From Candidatus Omnitrophota bacterium (lineage in GTDB: Bacteria; Omnitrophota; Gorgyraeia; Gygaellales; Profunditerraquicolaceae), in assembly GCA_041662125.1 (NCBI GenBank), contig JBAZTA010000003.1:71992-135991 (forward strand): DNA of 64,000 bases, in the 5' to 3' direction. Of the stretch, positions 26,800-35,241 are shown piece by piece; positions within the stretch are counted from its first letter, which is position 1, and the number at the start of each line of letters is the position of its first letter. A program made the translations under genes and the position numbers. The notes beneath the pieces are model-generated. The model was not told the origin of the DNA, did no database searches, and saw only the letters and a program-made list of their open reading frames with translations.

Positions 26800-28695
26800 T
26801 TATTCAAATGTCAGGGTCAGTGAAAAATTATCCTCTGAGTTTCCCAGCGTTACAGGAATGGGAGAAAATGGCGATGCCTGTAAGACGCAGAGTTCAGCGA
26901 CAGCATTTAAATTTTGATTAGTAGAAGTTACAATTTTTACCGGGCTTTTAAGGTTGCCGTCTTCATCAAGGGCAAAAGACAATGAAACTTTGCCTTTTTG
27001 AGTGGGATCATGGCGTGTTTGGGTATTCATTAAGGACTTTATCTTATTTATAATAGTTGTTTTGTATTCATCCAAAGTGCCTGGCTCTTTATTGCCAGCT
27101 TCAGCCGTGTTGTCATTACCTTGAGCTTGGGCAAAGGACTGAATATAGCTTATGTCTTTATCACCGGTGAGGCTGGTATATTCAAGAGGTTCGGCGCCGG
27201 TGATTATATGGGGAGTAATAAAAATCACCAGCTCCGTCTTTATGTTTTCAGTCCTGGTATTTTTTGTGAAAATATTGAGAATTGGTATATCACCCAAGAA
27301 TGGTATCTTTTTTTCTTCTTTTTCCCGCTGGTCTTTTTTAAGGCCGGCGATAATTATGGTTGTGCCGTCTTTTACCATGATCGTTGTTTCAGACTCAGAA
27401 GTGGTGACGATGGGGATCTGGGTAATTTTGCCGTCTGCGGTTATGTCGGTGCGTTTCGCGGAGCTAATTTCAGGTTTTATTTTCATGGTGACAAAACCGT
27501 CCCGGTTTATCGTCGGGGTAACATAGAGTTTAATCCCGACATCGACGAAATTCACCGATTGTGAAGTAACCGAAGAATCTCCCGACTGCGTGATGGCGGA
27601 AGTGATATAGGCTTCTTTGGTCCCGACCAGGATCTTTGCTTCCTGGTTATTCAGTGCCATGATCCGGGGGCTGGAAAGGATCTTGGTTTTTCCTATTGCG
27701 CTGAGCAAGTTGATCACTGATTTATATTCGCCTTTTTTGCTTACCGTTTCATTTGCAGCAGCAACTCCGAAAGATAGTTTGTTAGGGATGCTGGTAACAT
27801 CGCTTAAGGAAGGCGCTGGCAGCGAACTGACCAGCCGGACGTGGTCTTTAAGCCAGTAATCCCAGTCAATTCCCATGGTGAACTGGTCTTTTTGAGGGGT
27901 AATTTCGATGATTTGAGCGTCAATTAAGACCTGTTGTGTTTTTTCATCAAAAGCAGTGATAATTTTGGCTATGTCGTTGAGTTTTTCCGGGTAATCGGTT
28001 ACCGCGATCTTATTGGTCCGTTCATCGATTTTCATGGAGCCGATCGATTTTGTGATTGTTTCTGCGAGTTTTGCGCTTAATTTTTCTGCCGTCGCGTATT
28101 TAAGCTCAAAGATCATGGTTTCCAGAGGCAAGTCGGTTTTCAGGATAAAACTTTCTATTTCAGCTACTTTTTCCGGCGTATCGACTATGGTAAGGGTGTT
28201 TGAGCCTTCATCAACCACAACTTTGCCGATATTTGATTTTAGCTGCATAATGGCTTTCGATAAGTCTGCGGCTTTGGCATTCTTTATATGGAATACCTGC
28301 ACCTCTTTTTTATCCTGGAAACGTTCACCGTAAATAAGCTCATAATCACGTTGCGTCATGACGTTGATAATATCGTTTTTCTTGTCATAGGCGAGGTCAT
28401 TGGCAGATAACAGGATTTGAAAGGCTTCCCAGAGATCAACATCTTTTAGAAAGAGCGTTACTTTTCCGGTGACATTTTTTCCGACAATAATATTTAACCC
28501 GGAGCGAGTCGCAAGCATTTTCAGGACATCAGTAATGTCCATGCCCTTTATATCAAGTGAAACCCTGTTTTGTTCAGACGGCTTGGATATTTCCATTTGC
28601 GCAAGTTTTGCGTTTTGAGATATTTCCTGCGCAAAGGCTCTTGGGATAAACACGAACAATAGGAAACATAGGTATATGGTAATTCCCTTTTTCAT
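26800..28695 (-). CDS. type II secretion / type IV pilus secretin (GspD/PilQ family) with C-terminal TonB_C-like domain
   Basis: Start reassigned to MKKGITIYLCFLLFVFIPRAFA (signal peptide; RBS GGAGGA sits 6 nt upstream). It has N0/N domains and a secretin core (ILSSPRIMALNNQEAKILVG...IPFLGDIPILNIFTKN...ELVIFITPHII). The final ~95 aa (GKVSLSFALDEDGNLKSPVKIV...AVAELCVLQASPFSPIP) align with the C-terminus of the local TonB at 10827-11549. Confidence 0.85.
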   Translation of the reverse strand: MKKGITIYLCFLLFVFIPRAFAQEISQNAKLAQMEISKPSEQNRVSLDIKGMDITDVLKMLATRSGLNIIVGKNVTGKVTLFLKDVDLWEAFQILLSANDLAYDKKNDIINVMTQRDYELIYGERFQDKKEVQVFHIKNAKAADLSKAIMQLKSNIGKVVVDEGSNTLTIVDTPEKVAEIESFILKTDLPLETMIFELKYATAEKLSAKLAETITKSIGSMKIDERTNKIAVTDYPEKLNDIAKIITAFDEKTQQVLIDAQIIEITPQKDQFTMGIDWDYWLKDHVRLVSSLPAPSLSDVTSIPNKLSFGVAAANETVSKKGEYKSVINLLSAIGKTKILSSPRIMALNNQEAKILVGTKEAYITSAITQSGDSSVTSQSVNFVDVGIKLYVTPTINRDGFVTMKIKPEISSAKRTDITADGKITQIPIVTTSESETTIMVKDGTTIIIAGLKKDQREKEEKKIPFLGDIPILNIFTKNTRTENIKTELVIFITPHIITGAEPLEYTSLTGDKDISYIQSFAQAQGNDNTAEAGNKEPGTLDEYKTTIINKIKSLMNTQTRHDPTQKGKVSLSFALDEDGNLKSPVKIVTSTNQNLNAVAELCVLQASPFSPIPVTLGNSEDNFSLTLTFE

Positions 28696-28706
28696 ATTAG
28701 TCCTCC

Positions 28707-28800
28707 TGCCACAGAAAGTGGCATACCGGCCTATCCGATAAGGCCGGGTGTAAACAGCACCCCAGCTAATAGGTATGCTGGGTGCGCCCTTTCTGGGCAG
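28707..28800 (-). repeat. structured intergenic element, copy C (inverted relative to A and B), directly upstream of the secretin RBS
   Basis: Minus-strand RNA: a closing stem CUGCCCAGAAAG/CUUUCUGUGGCAG encloses hairpins CACCCAGC-AUACCUAUUA-GCUGGGGUG and CCGGCCU-UAUCGGAU-AGGCCGG. Hairpin 1 is near-identical to the second hairpin of copy A. Confidence 0.5.
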
Positions 28801-28816
28801 TAAGCGAAACATGCCG

Positions 28817-29458
28817 CTATAAGTATAGTTCAAATTTTTGCCCCTTATGATTGAGGATTATTTTGCCGTCAAGTATTTCTTCGACCATGAGTTCTCCGAT
28901 ACATTGGCCTTTGGAGACGTAATAGGTCTTTTCTGTTTTTTTATCTTCAATGATCGCCTGAGGATTATCACCGGCAATAACACCGACAAGATTTATGTCT
29001 TTCAGGAGATCGTGATTGACCGAAGCCATGCTTGTGCTTGTTTCCAAAGCAGCCTGGCTGTGAAACATTTGCTCGTTATTGATGCCTGTTTGATAATACT
29101 CAAGCGGTTTTATAGGGCTTGAACTTATTACTGGTTTCTGCACAATGCCTGGTTTCTCTTTTATGTCAGAGATGTTGATCGAAGGCGAGTTTATGAGAGG
29201 ATAGATCAGAGATCCTGTCAAGTATGCGAGTGAAGCGAAAAAACAGATCAAAACTATTTTTCCCGGGTTTAATCTTAAAGATATTATGTGTTGTGGCTTG
29301 ATTTTTGCATGGCCTGTTTTTGTTTGAACACTCGGCTCTGGAAGAGGGGGAACCCGTCCGGTTTGCAGCATTGATTGTTTTTCTGCCGGAAGGCGCTGTT
29401 TTTGCTCGTTTCGTATAAGCCGTAAAAGTTTTTCTTCAGGTGAAATATTGTCAGCCAT
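28817..29458 (-). CDS. GspC/GspB/PilP-like secretin-interacting inner-membrane protein
   Basis: 213 aa with one TM (IVLICFFASLAYLTGSLIY) and a C-terminal beta-domain (LVGVIAGDNPQAIIEDKKTEKTYYVSKGQCIG...ILDGKIILNHKGQKFEL) resembling the GspC HR / PilP fold. It lies between gspA and the secretin. Confidence 0.5.
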   Translation of the reverse strand: MADNISPEEKLLRLIRNEQKQRLPAEKQSMLQTGRVPPLPEPSVQTKTGHAKIKPQHIISLRLNPGKIVLICFFASLAYLTGSLIYPLINSPSINISDIKEKPGIVQKPVISSSPIKPLEYYQTGINNEQMFHSQAALETSTSMASVNHDLLKDINLVGVIAGDNPQAIIEDKKTEKTYYVSKGQCIGELMVEEILDGKIILNHKGQKFELYL

Positions 29459-29460
29459 AG

Positions 29461-30273
29461 TTATGCGCGTGCTGTTATTAAATGCTGGATAATCTCTTCA
29501 TCTACAGAGCTTTTCCCTTTCATGACGACAGTTTCCAGGGCATCATGGCATAAAAGCGCAATTTTGCGGGGATGCCCTTGAGTTTGTTCATAGATCAAAC
29601 GTATCGCTCCCAATGAAAATAACTCATCAGGGGCACTATGCCCGGCTTGCATAAGACGAAAAGCGATCATTTCTTTAACTTCCGTTTCGTCGAACGGATT
29701 AATGGTATATTTGAGGGCGATACGGTCGATAAAATTATTGATCCTCTTGATGCGCGGCAAGAGTTCCAGTTGCGCCATAATTACCAGTTGTAATAGTTTA
29801 AATTCATTGGTCTCGTAGTTGAGCAGCATGCGTAAGACTTCGAGGTTTTCGGTCGAGATAGTTTGTCCTTCATCAATAAGCAGGATTATCGTTTTATTCT
29901 CATTGATGCCGGCATGAAACAAATATTTTTCCAGGTCTTCTTTGAAAGTCAGGGTTGATTTAAAAGTTGATTTGATCCCGAAGATTTTTGTTAAGCTTAA
30001 CAGGAATTGAAATTCCGATTTATAACTGGGATCGAGGATCATATGGAAGACAAAATCGTCTTCGTTCTTGAAGGTTTGCAGGAGCGTGCGCGAGAGTGTT
30101 GTTTTGCCCATGCCGACATCCCCTAAAATTAAGCTTAAGCCTCTGCGCAGCCTTATGGCGATTTCCAGGCGTTTAAGTGTGGTGTCATGGCTGACGGAAC
30201 GGTAAAGGAACGCGGGGTCGGGGCTGGTAGAAAACGGTTCTTTTTCAAGTCCTAATACTTTAAAGTAACTCAT
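29461..30273 (-). CDS. gspA: T2SS protein A (ExeA/GspA-like AAA+ ATPase)
   Basis: 270 aa with Walker A LILGDVGMGKTTL, Walker B ILLIDEGQ and an ExeA-type N-terminus (PF13401-like). Confidence 0.8.
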   Translation of the reverse strand: MSYFKVLGLEKEPFSTSPDPAFLYRSVSHDTTLKRLEIAIRLRRGLSLILGDVGMGKTTLSRTLLQTFKNEDDFVFHMILDPSYKSEFQFLLSLTKIFGIKSTFKSTLTFKEDLEKYLFHAGINENKTIILLIDEGQTISTENLEVLRMLLNYETNEFKLLQLVIMAQLELLPRIKRINNFIDRIALKYTINPFDETEVKEMIAFRLMQAGHSAPDELFSLGAIRLIYEQTQGHPRKIALLCHDALETVVMKGKSSVDEEIIQHLITARA

Positions 30274-30481
30274 TCTTTATCTCATGAAGTGACTTATCTT
30301 GTTTTCTTAAGCTGCGAATTACCTTTAATGTTTCAACGTTTGAATCATTGAAATAACGATAATGGGTTTCAGGGCTACGGCTGATTTCTTTGAGAAGGCC
30401 AATTTTGAGGTAAAATTTTATGGTATGAATTGAATATCCGGTAATACGCGCTAAATCTTTTATTAAGTAAATGTTAGAAAT
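30260..30481 (-). CDS. small MerR-family HTH protein (non-ATG start; overlaps the gspA start codon)
   Basis: Reverse-strand frame reads ISNIYLIKDLARITGYSIHTIKFYLKIGLLKEISRSPETHYRYFNDSNVETLKVIRSLRKQDKSLHEIKNELL*, a canonical MerR HTH and wing. An RBS GGGAGG lies 5 nt before an AUU/AUC codon. It is absent from the ATG-only ORF track. Confidence 0.5.
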   Translation of the reverse strand: MSNIYLIKDLARITGYSIHTIKFYLKIGLLKEISRSPETHYRYFNDSNVETLKVIRSLRKQDKSLHEIKNELL

Positions 30482-30582
30482 GATTACCTCCCTTTACTCT
30501 CTAACTAGAGAGTATATCAGTTCCTGTATATTAGTCAAGGATAATTAGAGGAGCGATTTGGGATTGAGCTAAAGGGCGTGAT

Positions 30583-31110
30583 TTAATCAATAGAAAGCTT
30601 GGAAATACTGAAGTTTGCTTCAAGTAACGCAGAGTTAGTGCGAGAGGTGAATTGAAATCGTTTGATACGTATTAATAAAAGTGAGTTCTCCAGATTGTAA
30701 ATGAATTTAACATAATCATTAAGCGCGCCTTCTGTCCTTAATTCTATCAGGATTTCTTCGTAACTACCCTCTTCTTTTCGCAGTTGAGGCCGTATATCTA
30801 GTATTCTGATATTCGCCGTATTTGCCATATTCTCAATTTCGGAAAGCGTTATGAGCGTGGAATTTTCTTTAGCTCCTGAAACCGGGCCGGAAGCGCTCAA
30901 ACTGGTGTATTTTGTCTGCAGGGCCTGTTTTTGGCTTAAGAGTTGAAGGTATTTCTTCAGTTTTGTTTTCGTGCTGTGTATTTCTATGTTTAAAAGGCTT
31001 ATTTTTCGAATAACAGGTGTTATGATAAAATTATAGAATACGCTCAAAGATACGATTCCTATAGTACAATACAATATTGCTTTTTCTCTTTTGCTAAGTA
31101 TTTTCTGCAT
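30583..31110 (-). CDS. GspM/PilO-like inner-membrane assembly protein
   Basis: 175 aa with an N-terminal TM, a coiled coil and a C-terminal ferredoxin-like domain. It sits at the gspM position. Confidence 0.5.
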   Translation of the reverse strand: MQKILSKREKAILYCTIGIVSLSVFYNFIITPVIRKISLLNIEIHSTKTKLKKYLQLLSQKQALQTKYTSLSASGPVSGAKENSTLITLSEIENMANTANIRILDIRPQLRKEEGSYEEILIELRTEGALNDYVKFIYNLENSLLLIRIKRFQFTSRTNSALLEANFSISKLSID

Positions 31111-32549
31111 TACTGTTTCCCTTTAGTATTGTTGCAGGCAATCTCAAAGTCGACCATATCGCCGGTTTGGCTTTTGTTTTGAGTGGCATATTTCACTTTT
31201 ATCGTGAAATTCCTGAATATCGGTAATTTCTCAAGCACAGAGATAAATTCGAACACGGTACTCAAAGTTTGCGCTTGGCCGTGTAATATGATCTGCGAGT
31301 TTTCTTCATAGATAAGACTGGTTAATGATAGTGTATTGGGGACCGCGTTGTTTAACTCATAGAATACTTCAAGGCTTGAAAGGCGTTTCTCTGACCTGGT
31401 TTCTAATATCTTAAGCCTTGTATCCATCTCTTCTAAGGGTTTTGCCTCAGTTGCGAGCCTGGAAAGTTCCGCTTTTAACCGGTTTAAATAGTCAGTTTTT
31501 GTATTGAGGTTCTTTGCTATTGCGGCGCTTACCATGAATATGATACCGATAATTAAGAGAGCAATACGCAGATATGCATAGCGTTTAGACAGTTTTATAT
31601 GTTCTGATTTTATCTCATGAGGCAGAAGTTTTAAAGATTCTTCAATACTTCCTCCTCCCAGTCCAAACATGCTGACATAAGAAAATGGCGTGTTGGCAAG
31701 TGTTGCGGTTACCGCATCCGGTAACCTTAATTGGTCAGGAAATGTCCGTATGTCAGAGGATGGAATGGCCTGATCATTGAGTACTTCGTTTATACGCGTC
31801 AGTGATGCAGGTGTCCCTAAACATACTATTTTTTGCGGCTCTGTTTTTCCGACTTCTTTGAGAAAGGCATCGTTAGTTTTAATGATTTCTTCCCGCAACA
31901 GGTTTTTCCAGCCGGATGCCGGGCCGCTTAATTTAAAATACCGGTTGAAGAGTATTTTATTGTTAGCAATGATGATCAATTCGACCAGTTGGCCGTCAAT
32001 ATCCAGAAGCATAACCGGGGAAATTTCCTCAGGGTATAAACGGCAATAAAGGTTACTTATGCCGTAAGAGCTTAAGGTGAAGGAGAGTTGAGAGCATTTG
32101 AAGCTGTTAAAGATCCTTAGAGAACGTTGGAGTGTTTCTTTATGGGCGATAATCGCATTGATCACAGAAAAACCGTCTTTGTCTTTTTCAATGACCTGAT
32201 AGGCGGTAATTAATTCTTGCGCAGAATAAGGAAGGTATTTTGCCGCCTGTAAAGAAAGCATTTTATCTATTTCTTCGGGTAAGTGTGTGGGGAATTTTAG
32301 ATACCGGCAGGTCGTATTTGCCCGGGGGAATGAAACAATGATCTCATTTTTATGGAACCCAAGTTTTTTTAATGCCTCAGATAGGGCTTCTGTTATCTTT
32401 TTCTCATCCATGCTTTCCGCAGGCAGCATGATGGTTTCTAACGCAACAAAATCATTATAAGGAGTATTGCCCGGAAGGCATTTAAGCACCCGTATGGTGT
32501 TTTCAATGATCTGACAGACAAAAATAGGTTTTTTAGTTTTAGCTTTCAT
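31110..32549 (-). CDS. GspL-like protein (PilM-type actin-like cytoplasmic domain fused to TM and PilN-like periplasmic domain)
   Basis: 479 aa: residues ~1-300 have the PilM/FtsA-like fold, a TM (LRIALLIIGIIFMVSAAIA) follows, then a ~130 aa periplasmic coiled-coil/PilN-like domain. Confidence 0.7.
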   Translation of the reverse strand: MKAKTKKPIFVCQIIENTIRVLKCLPGNTPYNDFVALETIMLPAESMDEKKITEALSEALKKLGFHKNEIIVSFPRANTTCRYLKFPTHLPEEIDKMLSLQAAKYLPYSAQELITAYQVIEKDKDGFSVINAIIAHKETLQRSLRIFNSFKCSQLSFTLSSYGISNLYCRLYPEEISPVMLLDIDGQLVELIIIANNKILFNRYFKLSGPASGWKNLLREEIIKTNDAFLKEVGKTEPQKIVCLGTPASLTRINEVLNDQAIPSSDIRTFPDQLRLPDAVTATLANTPFSYVSMFGLGGGSIEESLKLLPHEIKSEHIKLSKRYAYLRIALLIIGIIFMVSAAIAKNLNTKTDYLNRLKAELSRLATEAKPLEEMDTRLKILETRSEKRLSSLEVFYELNNAVPNTLSLTSLIYEENSQIILHGQAQTLSTVFEFISVLEKLPIFRNFTIKVKYATQNKSQTGDMVDFEIACNNTKGKQ

Positions 32550-33423
32550 GTAAGGATATTATTTTTTTTTCTTGCCGGTCGTAAACCGCGGCAAAGATAC
32601 TCTTTATTGTACCCATATTTCCAACAACTTCAATTAAAAAATAGTTTGATTTAAATTCGACTTTTTCCACAAGACTATTGAATATGTTGGTTTCTTCGTC
32701 ACCGGAAAGCGTGACCGTAATATCGTTTTTATCAGTGAATGCGCCTTTGGTATTGCGTAATGCTATGATCTTTGATGTTACGCTGTCTGCGTAATTATCT
32801 GCCATTGGTTCAGCAAGGGTCCGTGCAACATACCGGCAGAAAATCTTTAAGGTTTCCGGTGAAGCCGTGTTTACATTGAGTGTTTCCTTTGTGCTGTTTC
32901 CATAGATGGTGATGAGATCTTTGAGCATGGTTAGATATTCCCGGGTAAAATCCTTGACCAGGAGTAATTCTTCCGGAGCGCTGAATTTTTCTGCTTTGCA
33001 GGAATAACCGGATTTCTCATATATCTTGTTTTCATCAGCTTTATCACCGCGCCAGATCAGGATATTGTCAAACAGGCTGCTTGCGTCAGGGATCTGGCAA
33101 TTTTCAAGCAGGGTAAGCAATAATTCACGGGAGGCAGTATTGATGTTGATCTTACGTTCTTGGTCTGTTACTTCGAATATATCTTTGTTGTTTGCCCAGT
33201 TCTCAAGTAAAGAGTCGCAATCCGGTGTCTGGTCATTATCAATTTCCCTGATCGCCCGGTTTAATCCTGCGTGACTGAGGTATTGAGCTTTAAGCTTGTT
33301 TTTCTGGTAATTACTCATCCGCAGAGAGAATGATACCCGGTGGGCGATACTGATAGCAAGGATCGCTAGTATCACCAGGGTCCAGAGGGTTATGATAAGT
33401 GATTGCGCTTTTTTTTGAACCAT
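32539..33423 (-). CDS. gspK: T2SS minor pseudopilin K
   Basis: 294 aa with an N-terminal hydrophobic helix (SLIITLWTLVILAILAI) and two repeats of the GspK-specific NTAS helix-hairpin motif (ININTAS, LNVNTAS). Confidence 0.75.
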   Translation of the reverse strand: MVQKKAQSLIITLWTLVILAILAISIAHRVSFSLRMSNYQKNKLKAQYLSHAGLNRAIREIDNDQTPDCDSLLENWANNKDIFEVTDQERKININTASRELLLTLLENCQIPDASSLFDNILIWRGDKADENKIYEKSGYSCKAEKFSAPEELLLVKDFTREYLTMLKDLITIYGNSTKETLNVNTASPETLKIFCRYVARTLAEPMADNYADSVTSKIIALRNTKGAFTDKNDITVTLSGDEETNIFNSLVEKVEFKSNYFLIEVVGNMGTIKSIFAAVYDRQEKKIISLHES

Positions 33424-33438
33424 TCCGGTTGAGATGAT

Positions 33439-34026
33439 CTATCCTCCCTGCGGTATATATATAGTCCGAACAAGCGTGATCGTTGATTTCTTTTTTATCG
33501 ACACAAGCACTTTTACTGCTGCCGGCAGCTTTTCTTGAGCGATCCAGGAAGACTGCCACTGCAGGGGCTCTTTGGGATCAGGAGCCTGTCCGTAACTAAA
33601 TGAGATCTTTTCAATATCGCCTGTCATCTCATCAGGTTGGATGTTTGATTTTTCGTTAAGGCTTTCTTTGTTTTTCCGGCAGAGCCGTAAAAGTTTATTA
33701 TTGACGAGTGTATAGGAAATAAATGCCACGTCTTTCTGGCGGTTGTTTCCCTCGTAGGTGTCAAGTATCGTCAGAAAGTTGATCTCGCTGCCGGTCCCCG
33801 AGAAAAGAGGTTTACCTTTTGAGAACAAAAACGAGTTCCTTAAGTCGCTGTTAATACGTTCTATTATCTGCCCTCCCGCTAAAAAACCGTTGAGTGCTTC
33901 ATCAATATTGCCGTACCCGAAAATTCCTATTTGGAGAGCAGAGAAAATACTCAGGGCTACCACAAGCAATAGTGTTGAGGCAATAAGTAATTCTATAAGG
34001 GTGAATCCCCGGGTTTTACTGGTCAT
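33439..34026 (-). CDS. minor pseudopilin, GspJ-like (prepilin-type N-terminal cleavage/methylation domain)
   Basis: 195 aa with the prepilin motif RGFTLIELLIASTLLLVV. Confidence 0.65.
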   Translation of the reverse strand: MTSKTRGFTLIELLIASTLLLVVALSIFSALQIGIFGYGNIDEALNGFLAGGQIIERINSDLRNSFLFSKGKPLFSGTGSEINFLTILDTYEGNNRQKDVAFISYTLVNNKLLRLCRKNKESLNEKSNIQPDEMTGDIEKISFSYGQAPDPKEPLQWQSSWIAQEKLPAAVKVLVSIKKKSTITLVRTIYIPQGG

Positions 34027-34397
34027 CGTAAATATGTTTGAAAGGTTATCGTCTCTTGCCTTTTTGACCTCATCCAGCGTATATCAACGCTGGAGGTGTA
34101 CAGGTTTAATTCTGTGTTTAATTCTTTCTGAAAGCGCAATTGGAATTTGCCGGCCGTAGTGCGGCTGTCAGGATTTTCTTGAGCGATAAGAGAATTATTC
34201 TCTTTGAATTCCAGTTCCTGCAGCTTATCTTTTGCCAGTAAAACTGCCTGGAGCACCTCGCAGGATAACGCCGCCGAACGGGTAGAAAAAGAGAATCCTT
34301 GTAATATAATGACGATACCCGATGAAAGTATCGCTATAGAGATCAGCAGCTCTAATAATGAAAAAGCGCCTTTACTGCTCCTTAGTTTTAATCCCAC
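34023..34397 (-). CDS. minor pseudopilin, GspI-like
   Basis: 124 aa with KGAFSLLELLISIAIL. Size and gene order fit GspI. Confidence 0.65.
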   Translation of the reverse strand: MGLKLRSSKGAFSLLELLISIAILSSGIVIILQGFSFSTRSAALSCEVLQAVLLAKDKLQELEFKENNSLIAQENPDSRTTAGKFQLRFQKELNTELNLYTSSVDIRWMRSKRQETITFQTYLR

Positions 34398-34812
34398 CGA
34401 ATACTCCTTGTGTTGTCAGGGTGATGTTTTGTTTTTGCCTGTTGATAAGTGTGATGGTGACTTTGTCGATTGTTCCGTCAGGATAAACGAATATCTCCGG
34501 TTGGTCGGATTCTATGTGTATGCCGTCGGGCAGGCGGTAATTCCGAAAATGGCTGGCATCGGCCTCAAATTTTACCCGGTAACTATTTTCTTGAGTGTCC
34601 AGGATTAAACGTATGGGTTTTGTTTCGACGATCGCCCGCTGGCTCAGGAAGTTGATATATGCTTGTAACTGCCGTGAAGCGTTGGCCAGTTGTATGTTCT
34701 CGGCGGAACGCTTGAATTGGGGTAATGACAGGGCGGTCAAGATCCCCAGCAGGGTTATGACGATAAGCAGTTCGATAAATGTAAAACCAACATGTCCCGG
34801 CGTCTTGGTCAT
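34372..34812 (-). CDS. minor pseudopilin, GspH-like
   Basis: 146 aa with GFTFIELLIVITLLGILTAL. Confidence 0.65.
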   Translation of the reverse strand: MTKTPGHVGFTFIELLIVITLLGILTALSLPQFKRSAENIQLANASRQLQAYINFLSQRAIVETKPIRLILDTQENSYRVKFEADASHFRNYRLPDGIHIESDQPEIFVYPDGTIDKVTITLINRQKQNITLTTQGVFGGIKTKEQ

Positions 34813-34818
34813 AGCCTT

Positions 34819-35238
34819 TTACCAGTTACTTATATCATCATGATCCCCTTCTATCATATTGGCACCCGCAGAAGAAAGATCATAATTTTCATTATGCGCG
34901 CCGGGAGATGTATAGGAATAGGCATTGCCCCAGGGGTCTTTGGGAACTTTTTTAAGGTACGGCCCTTTCCAGCCCTTCAGCGATCCCGGGTTAGTGATAA
35001 GTGCTTGGAGCCCTTCTGTAGTCGCAGGATAACGGTCGTTATCGGTTTCGAAGATGTCTAATGCCAGTGCGATAGATGCGTTTATTTCCGACTGGGCAGC
35101 GGCGATCTTTGCAGTTTCAGAACGCCCCACGAGCCGGGGAGCGACCATCGCAGCTAATATGCCGATAATGACCACGACAAGCATTAATTCTATTAACGTA
35201 AAGGCTTTAAGAGGTTGTTGCTTGAGCTTTTCTATCAT
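34819..35238 (-). CDS. gspG: T2SS major pseudopilin G
   Basis: 139 aa. KAFTLIELMLVVVIIGILAAMVAP...DPWGNAYSY...YDLSSAGANMIEGDHDDISNW has the GspG-specific DPWG and C-terminal calcium-site motifs. Confidence 0.9.
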   Translation of the reverse strand: MIEKLKQQPLKAFTLIELMLVVVIIGILAAMVAPRLVGRSETAKIAAAQSEINASIALALDIFETDNDRYPATTEGLQALITNPGSLKGWKGPYLKKVPKDPWGNAYSYTSPGAHNENYDLSSAGANMIEGDHDDISNW

Positions 35239-35241
35239 GAG

